64,000 nt of DNA from positions 1,256-65,255 of the forward strand of contig JAZKIS010000004.1 of NCBI GenBank assembly GCA_040384725.1, read 5' to 3'. The stretch is from Patescibacteria group bacterium (GTDB taxonomy: Bacteria; Patescibacteriota; Minisyncoccia; Phycocordibacterales; Phycocordibacteraceae). The notes below the pieces were generated by a model, which worked only from the letters and a program-made list of their open reading frames with translations, had not been told where the DNA came from and did not search any database. Position numbers and translations under genes: made by a program. The first letter of the stretch is position 1. Every line of letters starts with the position of its first letter. Positions 10,237-18,655 of this stretch are shown here, piece by piece.

Positions 10237-11217
10237 TTAGATTACGGATACGTTTTTGTCGGAGGTGAACTTTTCTTTGCCACCTTCTTTCCACCCTGCG
10301 ATGGCCGACAGCGTGAGTTCGCGGAGTTGCGGCAAGGTGCCGCCACAGCCGAGAACGTACATGCTCTTCGATTCGGGTCGAAGTTGAAAGCTGACCCAGC
10401 AGACATTGTTTTGGAGCATCACCCGGTCATAGCCACACATCTCAGCGGCCATCACACGCGTAGGTCCGAATTGTCCGGACGCACCGCGATACTCACCTGC
10501 GTCAAGAATGTCCTTCATTCCCGCGAAATAGACCTCGCGCTGGAAAAAGTTGCAAAGCTCACCGAGGTGGCCGCTCAGGACGTTGATGTCGTAGTTCCGC
10601 TCGAGGGCGGCAGTTATCAGTGTGTGACTGTCCAGGTAGAGGTTGTCGAACAAGTTCGCCTCTTCCTGGAGCTTTTTAAAGCCTTGGCTTGGTTCGCTGT
10701 ACACGATAATTCGCATCTCGCGGCTCTGCAGTGCTCCGAAGGGCTGCATTGAGTCGCGAGTAGGTTCATGCCACGTTTCGACAGTCACCCATGCGAGGTA
10801 CTTGGTCTTGTCGAAGTGGGGCTGAGAAAGCATCTCGCCGTTTTGGACGCCCCACAACACTGCATAGGCATAGGGTGGTTTGCTGCTTCGTTCCTCATCA
10901 CGACCTTTCGGCCAGTCGAGACGTTTCAGCACCACACCTGCCTTATCGAGGGCGAAGAGATATTCACCCCGCTTGCCCGCCAGGCCTTTGTGTCGGCCTT
11001 TTGTGGCGAGCATGCAGGCATTATCGATGAGACCCAGATTGTCCGCCTTGCGGTAGAGCAGGTCGCCGTCCGCTTTCTCGAAAGTGATGACGAGGTCGTC
11101 CACCTTCTTCAAGTTCTGATTCCCTTGAGCAATAGGCTCGAAGGGTAAGTCCAAAATATGGTAAAGGAAGGGATATCGGGCAAGCAGCTCAGTGTTCTTT
11201 CGTGCGTTGACACGCAT
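10237..11217 (-). CDS. Hypothetical protein
   Basis: 326 aa ORF, AGGAG SD, TTGACG-17-TATTTT promoter, terminator hairpin about 10180-10222. Confidence 0.75.
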   Translation of the reverse strand: MRVNARKNTELLARYPFLYHILDLPFEPIAQGNQNLKKVDDLVITFEKADGDLLYRKADNLGLIDNACMLATKGRHKGLAGKRGEYLFALDKAGVVLKRLDWPKGRDEERSSKPPYAYAVLWGVQNGEMLSQPHFDKTKYLAWVTVETWHEPTRDSMQPFGALQSREMRIIVYSEPSQGFKKLQEEANLFDNLYLDSHTLITAALERNYDINVLSGHLGELCNFFQREVYFAGMKDILDAGEYRGASGQFGPTRVMAAEMCGYDRVMLQNNVCWVSFQLRPESKSMYVLGCGGTLPQLRELTLSAIAGWKEGGKEKFTSDKNVSVI

Positions 11218-11318
11218 TGGTTGCTCCTACGTTCCGTAGTGAAAAGAACTGGCGTTCCGCCAGCACTGGACGAATGTCCGGAATCAAAATACAACGTTAT
11301 CTAACAAACGTCAATGAT

Positions 11319-11390
11319 GCGGGCCCACTAGGAATCGAACCTAGGACGTCGGTTTTGGAGACCGAAGTTATACCATTTAACTATGGACCC
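11319..11390 (-). tRNA. tRNA-Trp(CCA)
   Basis: Reverse complement GGGTCCA..TCGGT-CTCCAAA-ACCGA..GGTTCGATTCC..TGGGCCC-G. Confidence 0.93.
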
Positions 11391-11468
11391 GGTATTGCTC
11401 ACGATACCAGATACACGGGTAGGGGAAAAGAAGCGGGGATTAGAGCGCGCACGGGATACAATCACTCT

Positions 11469-12455
11469 ATGAAAAGGCTCTGGGCCCCGCTGCTCCTTCT
11501 GCTCGTATTTTGCGTGCCACTGGTTGCGAGCGCGCAATCGAACCTCCCGCTTTTTGATCCTGACTGGCAGCTCGTGCCCGATGCGCACAAGATAGATCCA
11601 GTGAACTGTCCTGAAGGATATCCGCTTGGATTCGGGGGTGTTTTGCAGCTCGTGCAGAACGGCATGAACGCGGCGATATCGTTCGGCGTTATTATCTTCG
11701 TTCTCGTTATCGCGGGGGCCGGCATCCTGTGGATACTTACGCCGACGAACCCCGAGAATCACTCGCAGGCAAAGAAGATCCTTACGAACGCCGTTATCGG
11801 CCTCCTGATCATCCTGTCGGCGTGGCTCATCGTTGACTTCGTCATGAAGCTTCTCTATAACCCGAACGCGAATAACATGGGTCCCTGGAATCAAATTCTG
11901 ACGGGAGGAGATCTCTGCATTAAGCCGATGGAGAATCTCCAGCCTCTCTTCAGCGGCAGCATCCTGGCTGTCCCGGGCGCGTCCAGCGCATCATATGATC
12001 CGCGGTATACGACGAGTGGTTCATGCTCGCCTGCGAGCGTCCAGCAGGCAGGGCAGAGCGTAACCATAACCGTGAAGGAGGCGCGATTCCTGGCGTGCAT
12101 CGCACGGCCTGAAAGCCGGTGCGGTGGCGACCTCACGAACTACAACTGGGGCAGGGGCTCGAGCGCGTACGGACCGTTCATGATCCTGCTCGATGGAAAT
12201 GCGCGGTATTTCGAGAACGAGGCATGCAGGGTGGCAGCGAACGTTTCAGGACGCCTCAACTGCCAGGACGGATTCAGGAACGGAAACCCCATCCCAGGAA
12301 GTGACATCGCGCGACGCTGCATGCAGGCTGCGTCGAACCTCGCATGCAGCACTGCCGCCGCTACCGCGCTCGTGCGACAGTCCGGAGCAACGCCATGGAC
12401 CGGGAACAACGACAGCAAGCCGGCGCATATGCGTTGCGCGCTGGAGCTCAGGTAG
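11469..12455 (+). CDS. TrbC/VirB2-like pilin fused to putative lysozyme/transglycosylase-like domain
   Basis: Signal peptide, two TMs with AGILWILT..SQAKKILTNAVIGLLIILSAWLIV; C-terminal CIARPES, SSAYGPFMI, final PW. Confidence 0.7.
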   Translation: MKRLWAPLLLLLVFCVPLVASAQSNLPLFDPDWQLVPDAHKIDPVNCPEGYPLGFGGVLQLVQNGMNAAISFGVIIFVLVIAGAGILWILTPTNPENHSQAKKILTNAVIGLLIILSAWLIVDFVMKLLYNPNANNMGPWNQILTGGDLCIKPMENLQPLFSGSILAVPGASSASYDPRYTTSGSCSPASVQQAGQSVTITVKEARFLACIARPESRCGGDLTNYNWGRGSSAYGPFMILLDGNARYFENEACRVAANVSGRLNCQDGFRNGNPIPGSDIARRCMQAASNLACSTAAATALVRQSGATPWTGNNDSKPAHMRCALELR

Positions 12456-12477
12456 AGGCTATACTTATCTTGAACCC

Positions 12478-13059
12478 ATGAAAAATTCCACTCTTTGGAT
12501 CGCCGGCTCGATACTTCTTGTCCTCACCGTGGCGGTTATCATCGGCGCGTACCTCTTCCTTTCGCAAGTTCGCGAGCCAGCGCCTTCAGAGCAAGCGCCC
12601 GGCGGAATCTATTTCCCTACGAGTGGCGGTGTCTCAGGAGGAAGTTCGGAGACGGGTACCCGCTCGCTCGCGCTCGCTACGGGAAAGCAGATCGTGGTGA
12701 AGGATTTCCTTGCGAACGGCATAACGTATAAGGACCTGGCGAACGCGGGTTCCTATTTCCTTGCAGGAAAGCTCGAGTACTGTCTCGAGGACGGCACCTG
12801 TCCCGACACGAACACACCGAACTTCAGCATCCTGTATCTCGAAGCGGACCAGAGCTTCTCGGTGAGTCTGAACGAGGAGCCGTTAAAGGACTCGCGCGTG
12901 GCAGCTGAACGCTATCTCATGGCGGCGCTCGGCATAGATGAAAAGGATATGTGCGATCTCATGTACGCACTCGGGACGACGGTGTCCGTGAACGAGGCAT
13001 ATGGATCGATCACTAACCTCGGCTTCAGCTTCTGCGAAGGTGCGATACCGCTCCCGTAA
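12478..13059 (+). CDS. Single-pass membrane protein, Cys-containing extracellular domain
   Basis: N-terminal TM; SRVAAERYLMAALGIDEKDMCDL..NLGFSFC; ATG 12478. Confidence 0.75.
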   Translation: MKNSTLWIAGSILLVLTVAVIIGAYLFLSQVREPAPSEQAPGGIYFPTSGGVSGGSSETGTRSLALATGKQIVVKDFLANGITYKDLANAGSYFLAGKLEYCLEDGTCPDTNTPNFSILYLEADQSFSVSLNEEPLKDSRVAAERYLMAALGIDEKDMCDLMYALGTTVSVNEAYGSITNLGFSFCEGAIPLP

Positions 13060-13061
13060 CC

Positions 13062-13979
13062 ATGAGAGCGATATTCCCATTCGTCCTCGCGCTCATCCTG
13101 CTCCTGCCACTCTCTGCAGATGCGCAGTTCGGCCCCATCGTGCCCGAGGTGTGCCGCACCTGTGCGTGCGGGTTCGGCGGCGTACTCGCTATCGTGCAGA
13201 ACGTGGTGAATTTCATGATCAGCATCTCGATCATATTCGCGACCATCATCATGGTGTGGGCCGGCGGCTTATACATACTCTCTGCAGCCAATCCGGAGAG
13301 CCGCAGCACCGCGAACAAGATGCTTCTCAACGCGGTTATCGGTATTCTGATCGTGCTCTCCGCATGGCTCATCGTCGACTTCGTCATGAAGACGCTCTAC
13401 AACAACGGCAGCGAGTTCGGTCCCTGGAATTCGATCCTGCTCGGCGGTGTGGGGGATAGCTGCGTCGTTGCGAAGCCAACTTCACCCCTCTTTAGCGGCA
13501 ACATTATCGCTGTTCCTGGACAGGGCAGCGGAGCGGGCGTCGGGGGCGACGTTGTTACGAGCGCTTCCGCGAGCCATCAGGCAGGCGCTGCAAAGCTTTC
13601 AGCAGCAGGCATAAGCATTTCTTCGTCAGGCAACTGTGCGGACAAGAGGAACGCGCGATGTACGTCGCTTGACGGTATGAAAGAGAATACGGTTGACCAG
13701 GCCATTGCAGTGAAGCAAGCCTGCGGATGCAGTGTCGTGGTTACCGGCGGGACAGAGACCGGGCACGCAGGTGGACCTACGAGCCATAGCGCTGGCTACA
13801 AGATAGACCTCGGGGTAAACACACAGCTAGACGCGTATATCCGAAGCCTCACCCCGTCCGGCGCACGAGGCTCTGATTCTCGATATAAGGATCGCTGCGG
13901 AAACGAGTATGTACGTGAGACGAGCCCCAATCACTGGGACATAACCGTAAGCGCTGGCGTCTGCAGCCCGCCTAAGTAG
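13062..13979 (+). CDS. TrbC/VirB2-like pilin fused to putative M15-like zinc peptidase domain
   Basis: Pilin region paralogous to 11469; C-terminal VTGGTETGH, SHSAGYKIDL (H-x6-D) and HWDI. Confidence 0.7.
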   Translation: MRAIFPFVLALILLLPLSADAQFGPIVPEVCRTCACGFGGVLAIVQNVVNFMISISIIFATIIMVWAGGLYILSAANPESRSTANKMLLNAVIGILIVLSAWLIVDFVMKTLYNNGSEFGPWNSILLGGVGDSCVVAKPTSPLFSGNIIAVPGQGSGAGVGGDVVTSASASHQAGAAKLSAAGISISSSGNCADKRNARCTSLDGMKENTVDQAIAVKQACGCSVVVTGGTETGHAGGPTSHSAGYKIDLGVNTQLDAYIRSLTPSGARGSDSRYKDRCGNEYVRETSPNHWDITVSAGVCSPPK

Positions 13980-14808
13980 CAAGCTTCCTCAGCCACGCCT
14001 TCTGGTGCCTGGCGTAGTGCCACACCTTCGTGGAAAGGGAATCGAGGAGCGTGTCTTCGCTCCGTTCGTCACGAAGGAACTCGCCAACGATTCTGTACTC
14101 GAGACCGAGCTCGTTCAAGCGCGCATCTCCGACGTATTTGCGTACGCGACGTACTTCTTCGATGAGGCCGTTCTCGAGTGCCGTTGCCAGCCGCGTTCTG
14201 ATGCGGGATCGCAGCTCGTCGCGCTCTGGATTAAGGATGATCCACTCGACCGGGACCCTCGCTTCCGTTACATCGCGCTCCGGCACGTTGCCATGCGTCT
14301 CGATTATCTCAAGTGCACGCACAAGCCGGCGCTTGTTCATCGGATCAATACGTTCTGCCCGGCGCGGATCGCGAGTACGAATCTCTTCCATGAGGGATTC
14401 GGCGCTGCGCTTCTCGAGGTCTTCTCGCAGTATCGCGTTCGGCTCCGTTTCCTTAGGCAAGCCATAGAGAAGCGCGTCGAAGTAGAAATGGGTGCCACCT
14501 GCAAGGATAGGGCGCTTGCCGCGGCCGCGTATGTCTCCAATAAGACGCTCGGCGTCCTTCACGAAGTCACCCGCGCTATAGGTTTCCTTCGGGTCTCGTA
14601 TGTCGATGAGGTGGTGCGGGATACCGTCCATCTCTTCAAGAGAAGTCTTTTCCGTACCGATATCGAGCATTCGGTATACCTGCCTCGAATCAACCGAGAT
14701 AACCTCGCCATCGAGTTCCTTCGCAAGTGCCACGGCACGCGCAGACTTGCCCGAGGCGGTCGGGCCGGCGATGCATAGTATGGGGGAAGGGTCGTCCACG
14801 TGGCTCAC
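13972..14808 (-). CDS. miaA: tRNA dimethylallyltransferase
   Basis: GPTASGKS, DSRQVY, DIGTEK, PHHLID, GGTHFY. Confidence 0.95.
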   Translation of the reverse strand: MSHVDDPSPILCIAGPTASGKSARAVALAKELDGEVISVDSRQVYRMLDIGTEKTSLEEMDGIPHHLIDIRDPKETYSAGDFVKDAERLIGDIRGRGKRPILAGGTHFYFDALLYGLPKETEPNAILREDLEKRSAESLMEEIRTRDPRRAERIDPMNKRRLVRALEIIETHGNVPERDVTEARVPVEWIILNPERDELRSRIRTRLATALENGLIEEVRRVRKYVGDARLNELGLEYRIVGEFLRDERSEDTLLDSLSTKVWHYARHQKAWLRKLAT

Positions 14809-14852
14809 TGTGGCCAGAATGGTATCATGCCTCTACGTAACGATACAGGACT

Positions 14853-15515
14853 ATGAATAAGGAACAGAAGAGCAATTATTGCGGCGAGTGCGGAGACTTC
14901 CACGATCCGTTCAACGAGTACCGCTCGAGCGTGCGTGTCGGCGAGACGGTACCGGACTATGAGTTCGAGACCTTCTATAAGGGTGACGTGAAGTCCATGA
15001 AGTTCTCGGACTTCCGGGGGAAGTGGCTCGTGGTCATGTTCTATCCGGCAGACTTCACGTTCGTGTGTCCGACCGAGCTCGAGGAGATGGCATCGTACTA
15101 CCCCAAGCTTCAGAGCATTAACGCTGAGGTTGTCTCGTTCTCAACCGACACCGTCTTCGTGCATAAGGCGTGGCATGACACCTCTGACGCCATCAAGAAG
15201 ATAACCTTCCCGATGGGCGCAGACCCGACCGGCAAGATCGCGGACGCGTTCGGCGTGCTCATCGAAGGCGGCGACCTCCCGCTCGTTCCGGATGAGGGTC
15301 TCGCGCTCCGCGGCACCTTTATCATCGATCCCACCGGCACGCTCCGTGCTATGGAGGTGAACGATAACAGCATCGGCCGCGCGGCGAAGGAGACGTACCG
15401 AAAGCTTCAGGCCGCGCAGTACGTGGAAAGCCATGCGGGCCAGGTGTGTCCTGCGTCCTGGGAGCCAGGAGACGATACCCTGGAGCCAGGGATGGATCTC
15501 GTCGGGAAGATATAG
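14853..15515 (+). CDS. ahpC: 2-Cys peroxiredoxin (AhpC) with N-terminal CxxC extension
   Basis: FYPADFTFVCPTE and VCPASW motifs. Confidence 0.93.
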   Translation: MNKEQKSNYCGECGDFHDPFNEYRSSVRVGETVPDYEFETFYKGDVKSMKFSDFRGKWLVVMFYPADFTFVCPTELEEMASYYPKLQSINAEVVSFSTDTVFVHKAWHDTSDAIKKITFPMGADPTGKIADAFGVLIEGGDLPLVPDEGLALRGTFIIDPTGTLRAMEVNDNSIGRAAKETYRKLQAAQYVESHAGQVCPASWEPGDDTLEPGMDLVGKI

Positions 15516-15528
15516 GGATATAAACATT

Positions 15529-15560
15529 CGTGCCCGGCTGAGAAATCAGCCGGGCACGTT
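15529..15560. terminator. Bidirectional terminator
   Basis: CGTGCCCGGCTGA-GAAA-TCAGCCGGGCACG between convergent ORFs. Confidence 0.75.
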
Positions 15561-15561
15561 T

Positions 15562-15723
15562 CTATTCTGCAGACACGCAAGCCATTGCCCTGCGGGTTAC
15601 GACCGAGGCCCTGAGCCTCTGGTCGAAGCGCTTCGGGCAGGTGGGTTTTTGCGAGCGTTTCCGCTTACGGGTGACCCTGCGGAATTCTTTCTGCAGCGAA
15701 TCGAAAAAGACCTTGATGATCAT
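15562..15723 (-). CDS. Small basic protein, 53 aa (not in ORF track)
   Basis: AGGAGG SD 4 nt before ATG; MIIKVFFDSLQKEFRRVTRKRKRSQKPTCPKRFDQRLRASVVTRRAMACVSAE; stop abuts terminator. Confidence 0.55.
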   Translation of the reverse strand: MIIKVFFDSLQKEFRRVTRKRKRSQKPTCPKRFDQRLRASVVTRRAMACVSAE

Positions 15724-15784
15724 GCGCCCTCCTGTTGATCGCGGGCGATAATATCATGCGATCTTCATATAGGAAATAGAGTTG

Positions 15785-15867
15785 TGCCGGGGGAGGGACT
15801 CGAACCCTCGACCTTTGCAGGAGCGGGTTTTGAATCCGCCGCGTATACCAAACTCCGCCACCCCGGC
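15785..15867 (-). tRNA. tRNA-Leu(CAA)
   Basis: Reverse complement GCCGGGGTGGCGGAGTTTGGTATACGC..GCGGA-TTCAAAA-CCCGC, variable arm, GGTTCGAGTCC. Confidence 0.93.
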
Positions 15868-16009
15868 ATGCCGGAACATCTGAGAGCGTACCCTCAAGAT
15901 GCCCGAACGACGCTCCGTAGAGCCTGTGCACCAACGTATCGGTACGAAGAGTATCGTACTTCACAGCTCGCGGTCCTGCAAAGCGAAGTAGCGATGATAC
16001 AATGCACTC

Positions 16010-17026
16010 ATGTTTGGGACTAAGCCACCGGAAGCGGAATCATTCGCGCAGCCTACCAAGTACGACTCGGTGTACTGGGTGGAGGTGAGCCGTATCGAGC
16101 CGAATCCGTATCAGCCTCGCATCGAATTCGACGAGGAACGCTTGAAGGCGCTCGCTGAATCTATCCGACAGTACGGCGTGCTCCAGCCGCTCGTGGTGAC
16201 GCGTAACGAGGTCGAGAAGGCGGGAGGCGGCCTCCAGGCGTCGTACCAGCTCATCGCTGGAGAGCGTCGCCTGCGCGCGTCGAAGCTCATCGGCCTTCGC
16301 GAAGTACCCGTCGTTATCCGTGCAGGCGAGCAGTCTGACAAGATGAAGCTTGAGCTCGCTATCATCGAGAATCTCCAGCGCGAAGACTTGAACGCGATAG
16401 ACCGTGCAAAGGCGTTAGCACAGCTCGCTGAGACGTTCGCTATCTCGCACTCGGAGATCGGCGCGAAGATCGGGCGCTCCCGCGAGTATGTCTCGAACTC
16501 GATCCGCCTCCTCATGCTTCCTGAGGCGATCCAGATGGCGGTCGTCGGGAAAGAGTTGTCCGAGGGACATGCGCGCGCGCTCTTGATGCTGAACGACAAG
16601 CCGCAGGAACGCGATACGCTCTTCAAGGAGATAGTCCTCAAAAAGACGTCGGTGCGCATGGTGGAGCAGATGGCCCGACGCCTCGCGCAGGATAAGATCA
16701 GGAAGCACGACAAGACGCCGGAAATGATGGCGCTCGAGAAATCCCTCACAGAGACACTCGGTACGCGCGTGCTCATCGAGAGCCGTCCGCAAGGAGGACG
16801 CCTTCTCATCGAGTTCTTCTCTCCCGAAGACCTCTCGCACATTGCGGCGATTCTTGCGACACAGGAAGAGGTGGTTACGCAGGAGGCTGATCAGCCCGCA
16901 GCAGAGGCGACAGAGCCTGAAGTTGCTGCGAACACGACGCAGCTTCCGCCTCTCGAGACTCCCGTACCGCCTCCGGCACCGGTTATCGAAGAAGACCTCT
17001 ACTCGGTCCGCAACTTTACGGTCTAG
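16010..17026 (+). CDS. parB: ParB/Spo0J partition protein
   Basis: PNPYQPR, GVLQPL, IAGERRLRA, IIENLQREDLN, HTH region. Confidence 0.95.
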   Translation: MFGTKPPEAESFAQPTKYDSVYWVEVSRIEPNPYQPRIEFDEERLKALAESIRQYGVLQPLVVTRNEVEKAGGGLQASYQLIAGERRLRASKLIGLREVPVVIRAGEQSDKMKLELAIIENLQREDLNAIDRAKALAQLAETFAISHSEIGAKIGRSREYVSNSIRLLMLPEAIQMAVVGKELSEGHARALLMLNDKPQERDTLFKEIVLKKTSVRMVEQMARRLAQDKIRKHDKTPEMMALEKSLTETLGTRVLIESRPQGGRLLIEFFSPEDLSHIAAILATQEEVVTQEADQPAAEATEPEVAANTTQLPPLETPVPPPAPVIEEDLYSVRNFTV

Positions 17027-18619
17027 CTACTTCACTTTCTTTCCGCGCTTGTCTTTCTTCGGCTTCGCGCTCTCTGGGTGAGGACGTGCGCGGTCTCCTG
17101 CGTCGAGCGTTGCGCGTATGTGGCGCCTCGCCATGCTCGTGCGCGCATAATCCATCCACTTCGCCGTTGGGTGCGCAGACTTCGATTTGAGTACTTCGAT
17201 GATGTCCCCGTTCCTGAGCTTCGTATCAAAGGAGACGAGCTTTCCGTTCACTTTCGCGCCTTGCATGTGGTCTCCGAGGTCGCTGTGTATCGCATAGGCG
17301 AAATCGATCGGCGTCGATTCGGTGGGAAGGTCTATAACGTCGCCTACGGGCGTGAATACGAAGATGCGGTGCGAGAAGAAATCGCTCTTCAATCCTTCGA
17401 CGAACTCGTCCGACTCAACCTCAGAGTGCGCTTCCTTGAGGTCCGTGAGCCAGCGGGGCACATCGCCCGCGGCGAGCGCGGCCTTCTGGTTCGCGGCTAC
17501 GGGGCGCTTCAGGTTAAGAAGAGCCGGGACGAGATCCTTGATCCATGGGAAGGAAAGCCTCTGGAACGCATTTTTGTTCGCGCCCTTCGCGAGCGACTTG
17601 TAGGACATATGCGAGGCGATGCCGAACTGGGCGCGTTGGTGCATGTCCTTGGTGCGCACCTGCATCTCAACGATGCCCGCGTCACCCGTTACAACGGTCG
17701 TATGGAGGGACTGGTAGCCGTTGGGCTTCGGGAAGGATATGTAATCCTTGAACTCGCCCGGGAGCGGCTTCCAGAGGGCGTGTATAACGCCGAGCGCGGT
17801 ATAGCAGTCGTCGACTGTGGGAACGAGCACGCGAAGCGCCGCAATATCGTGGATGCGCGTTATGTCGTCGCCCTTGCGCTTCAGCTTCTGATGCAGGCTC
17901 CAGAGGCCTTTCGTGCGGATAGAGGTCGAGAAATCCTTCACGTCCTTGCGCGCGAGCGCATGGCGGAGATCCTTCTGAACGCGCGCAAGCCCTGCCTCCG
18001 TCTCCTTGTTCTTCAATTTTCGTACCTCAACCGCGTGCTGGTACGCGTCAGGGTCTATGGCAGGGAACGCGAGGTCCTCGAGTTCTTTCTTCAAGGATCC
18101 CATACCGAGACGGTCTGCGATCGGTGCGAATATCTCGAGCGTTTCGAGCGCGATTCTTTTCCGCTTCTCCTCGGGTACGTGCTCGAGAGTCGTCATGTTG
18201 TGGTACCGGTCGGCGAGCTTGATGATGAGCACGCGCACGTCAGCGGACGTCGCAACAAGAAGCCGTCTCAAGGACTCTGCATGGCGCTCGCCGCCCTGGT
18301 ACTTGTGCTTGCCGAGCTTGGTTACGCCGTCGACGAGGAACAGGACCTCGGATCCGAGTTCCTGCTCTATCTCTTCCGGGGTTGTCCCGACGTCTTCTAT
18401 GGCGTCATGCAGGAGCGCTGCGGCAACGGTCGGCGCGTCCATGCCGAGCTCCGCGAGATGCTTTGCAACCGCGGACGGGTGTATGAAATAAGGTTCGCCC
18501 GAGTAGCGGGTATGGTCCTTGTGGGCGTTCTGACCGAATGCGTACGCCTTCTCGATAAGCGCCTCGTCCTCAGGAGTGAGGACGCTCATCTGGGCGAGTA
18601 TCTCCTTAACGGTAGTCAC
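17027..18619 (-). CDS. rel: RelA/SpoT (p)ppGpp synthetase/hydrolase ending after the TGS domain
   Basis: RYSGEPY, LLHDAIED, KLADRYHN, PKPNGYQSLHT, TPIDFAYAIHS. Confidence 0.92.
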   Translation of the reverse strand: MTTVKEILAQMSVLTPEDEALIEKAYAFGQNAHKDHTRYSGEPYFIHPSAVAKHLAELGMDAPTVAAALLHDAIEDVGTTPEEIEQELGSEVLFLVDGVTKLGKHKYQGGERHAESLRRLLVATSADVRVLIIKLADRYHNMTTLEHVPEEKRKRIALETLEIFAPIADRLGMGSLKKELEDLAFPAIDPDAYQHAVEVRKLKNKETEAGLARVQKDLRHALARKDVKDFSTSIRTKGLWSLHQKLKRKGDDITRIHDIAALRVLVPTVDDCYTALGVIHALWKPLPGEFKDYISFPKPNGYQSLHTTVVTGDAGIVEMQVRTKDMHQRAQFGIASHMSYKSLAKGANKNAFQRLSFPWIKDLVPALLNLKRPVAANQKAALAAGDVPRWLTDLKEAHSEVESDEFVEGLKSDFFSHRIFVFTPVGDVIDLPTESTPIDFAYAIHSDLGDHMQGAKVNGKLVSFDTKLRNGDIIEVLKSKSAHPTAKWMDYARTSMARRHIRATLDAGDRARPHPESAKPKKDKRGKKVK

Positions 18620-18655
18620 CGCATAAGGATACTGCCGTAACGGGGATGCGGCAAA

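Larger units (their letters stand above)
8616..11329. mobile_element. Degraded tRNA-Trp-integrated islet (no integrase remaining)
   Basis: Flanked by the 11 bp direct repeat; contains only hypothetical ORFs; visibly more AT-rich. Confidence 0.55.

Noticed and set aside
11217-11468. N-terminal extension of the 412 aa ORF in the track
   Set aside because: Overlaps tRNA-Trp antisense; the real start is ATG 11469 with a -10 box and signal peptide.
15868-16000. Hairpins upstream of tRNA-Leu(CAA)/parB as a riboswitch or parS site
   Set aside because: No parS consensus (TGTTNCACGTGAAACA) or recognisable riboswitch motif seen.
17078-18640. 520 aa + strand ORF and similar long antisense ORFs (e.g. 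25697-26722, 45833-46768, 48742-49728)
   Set aside because: Shadow frames opposite well-supported genes in GC-rich DNA; no recognisable motifs.
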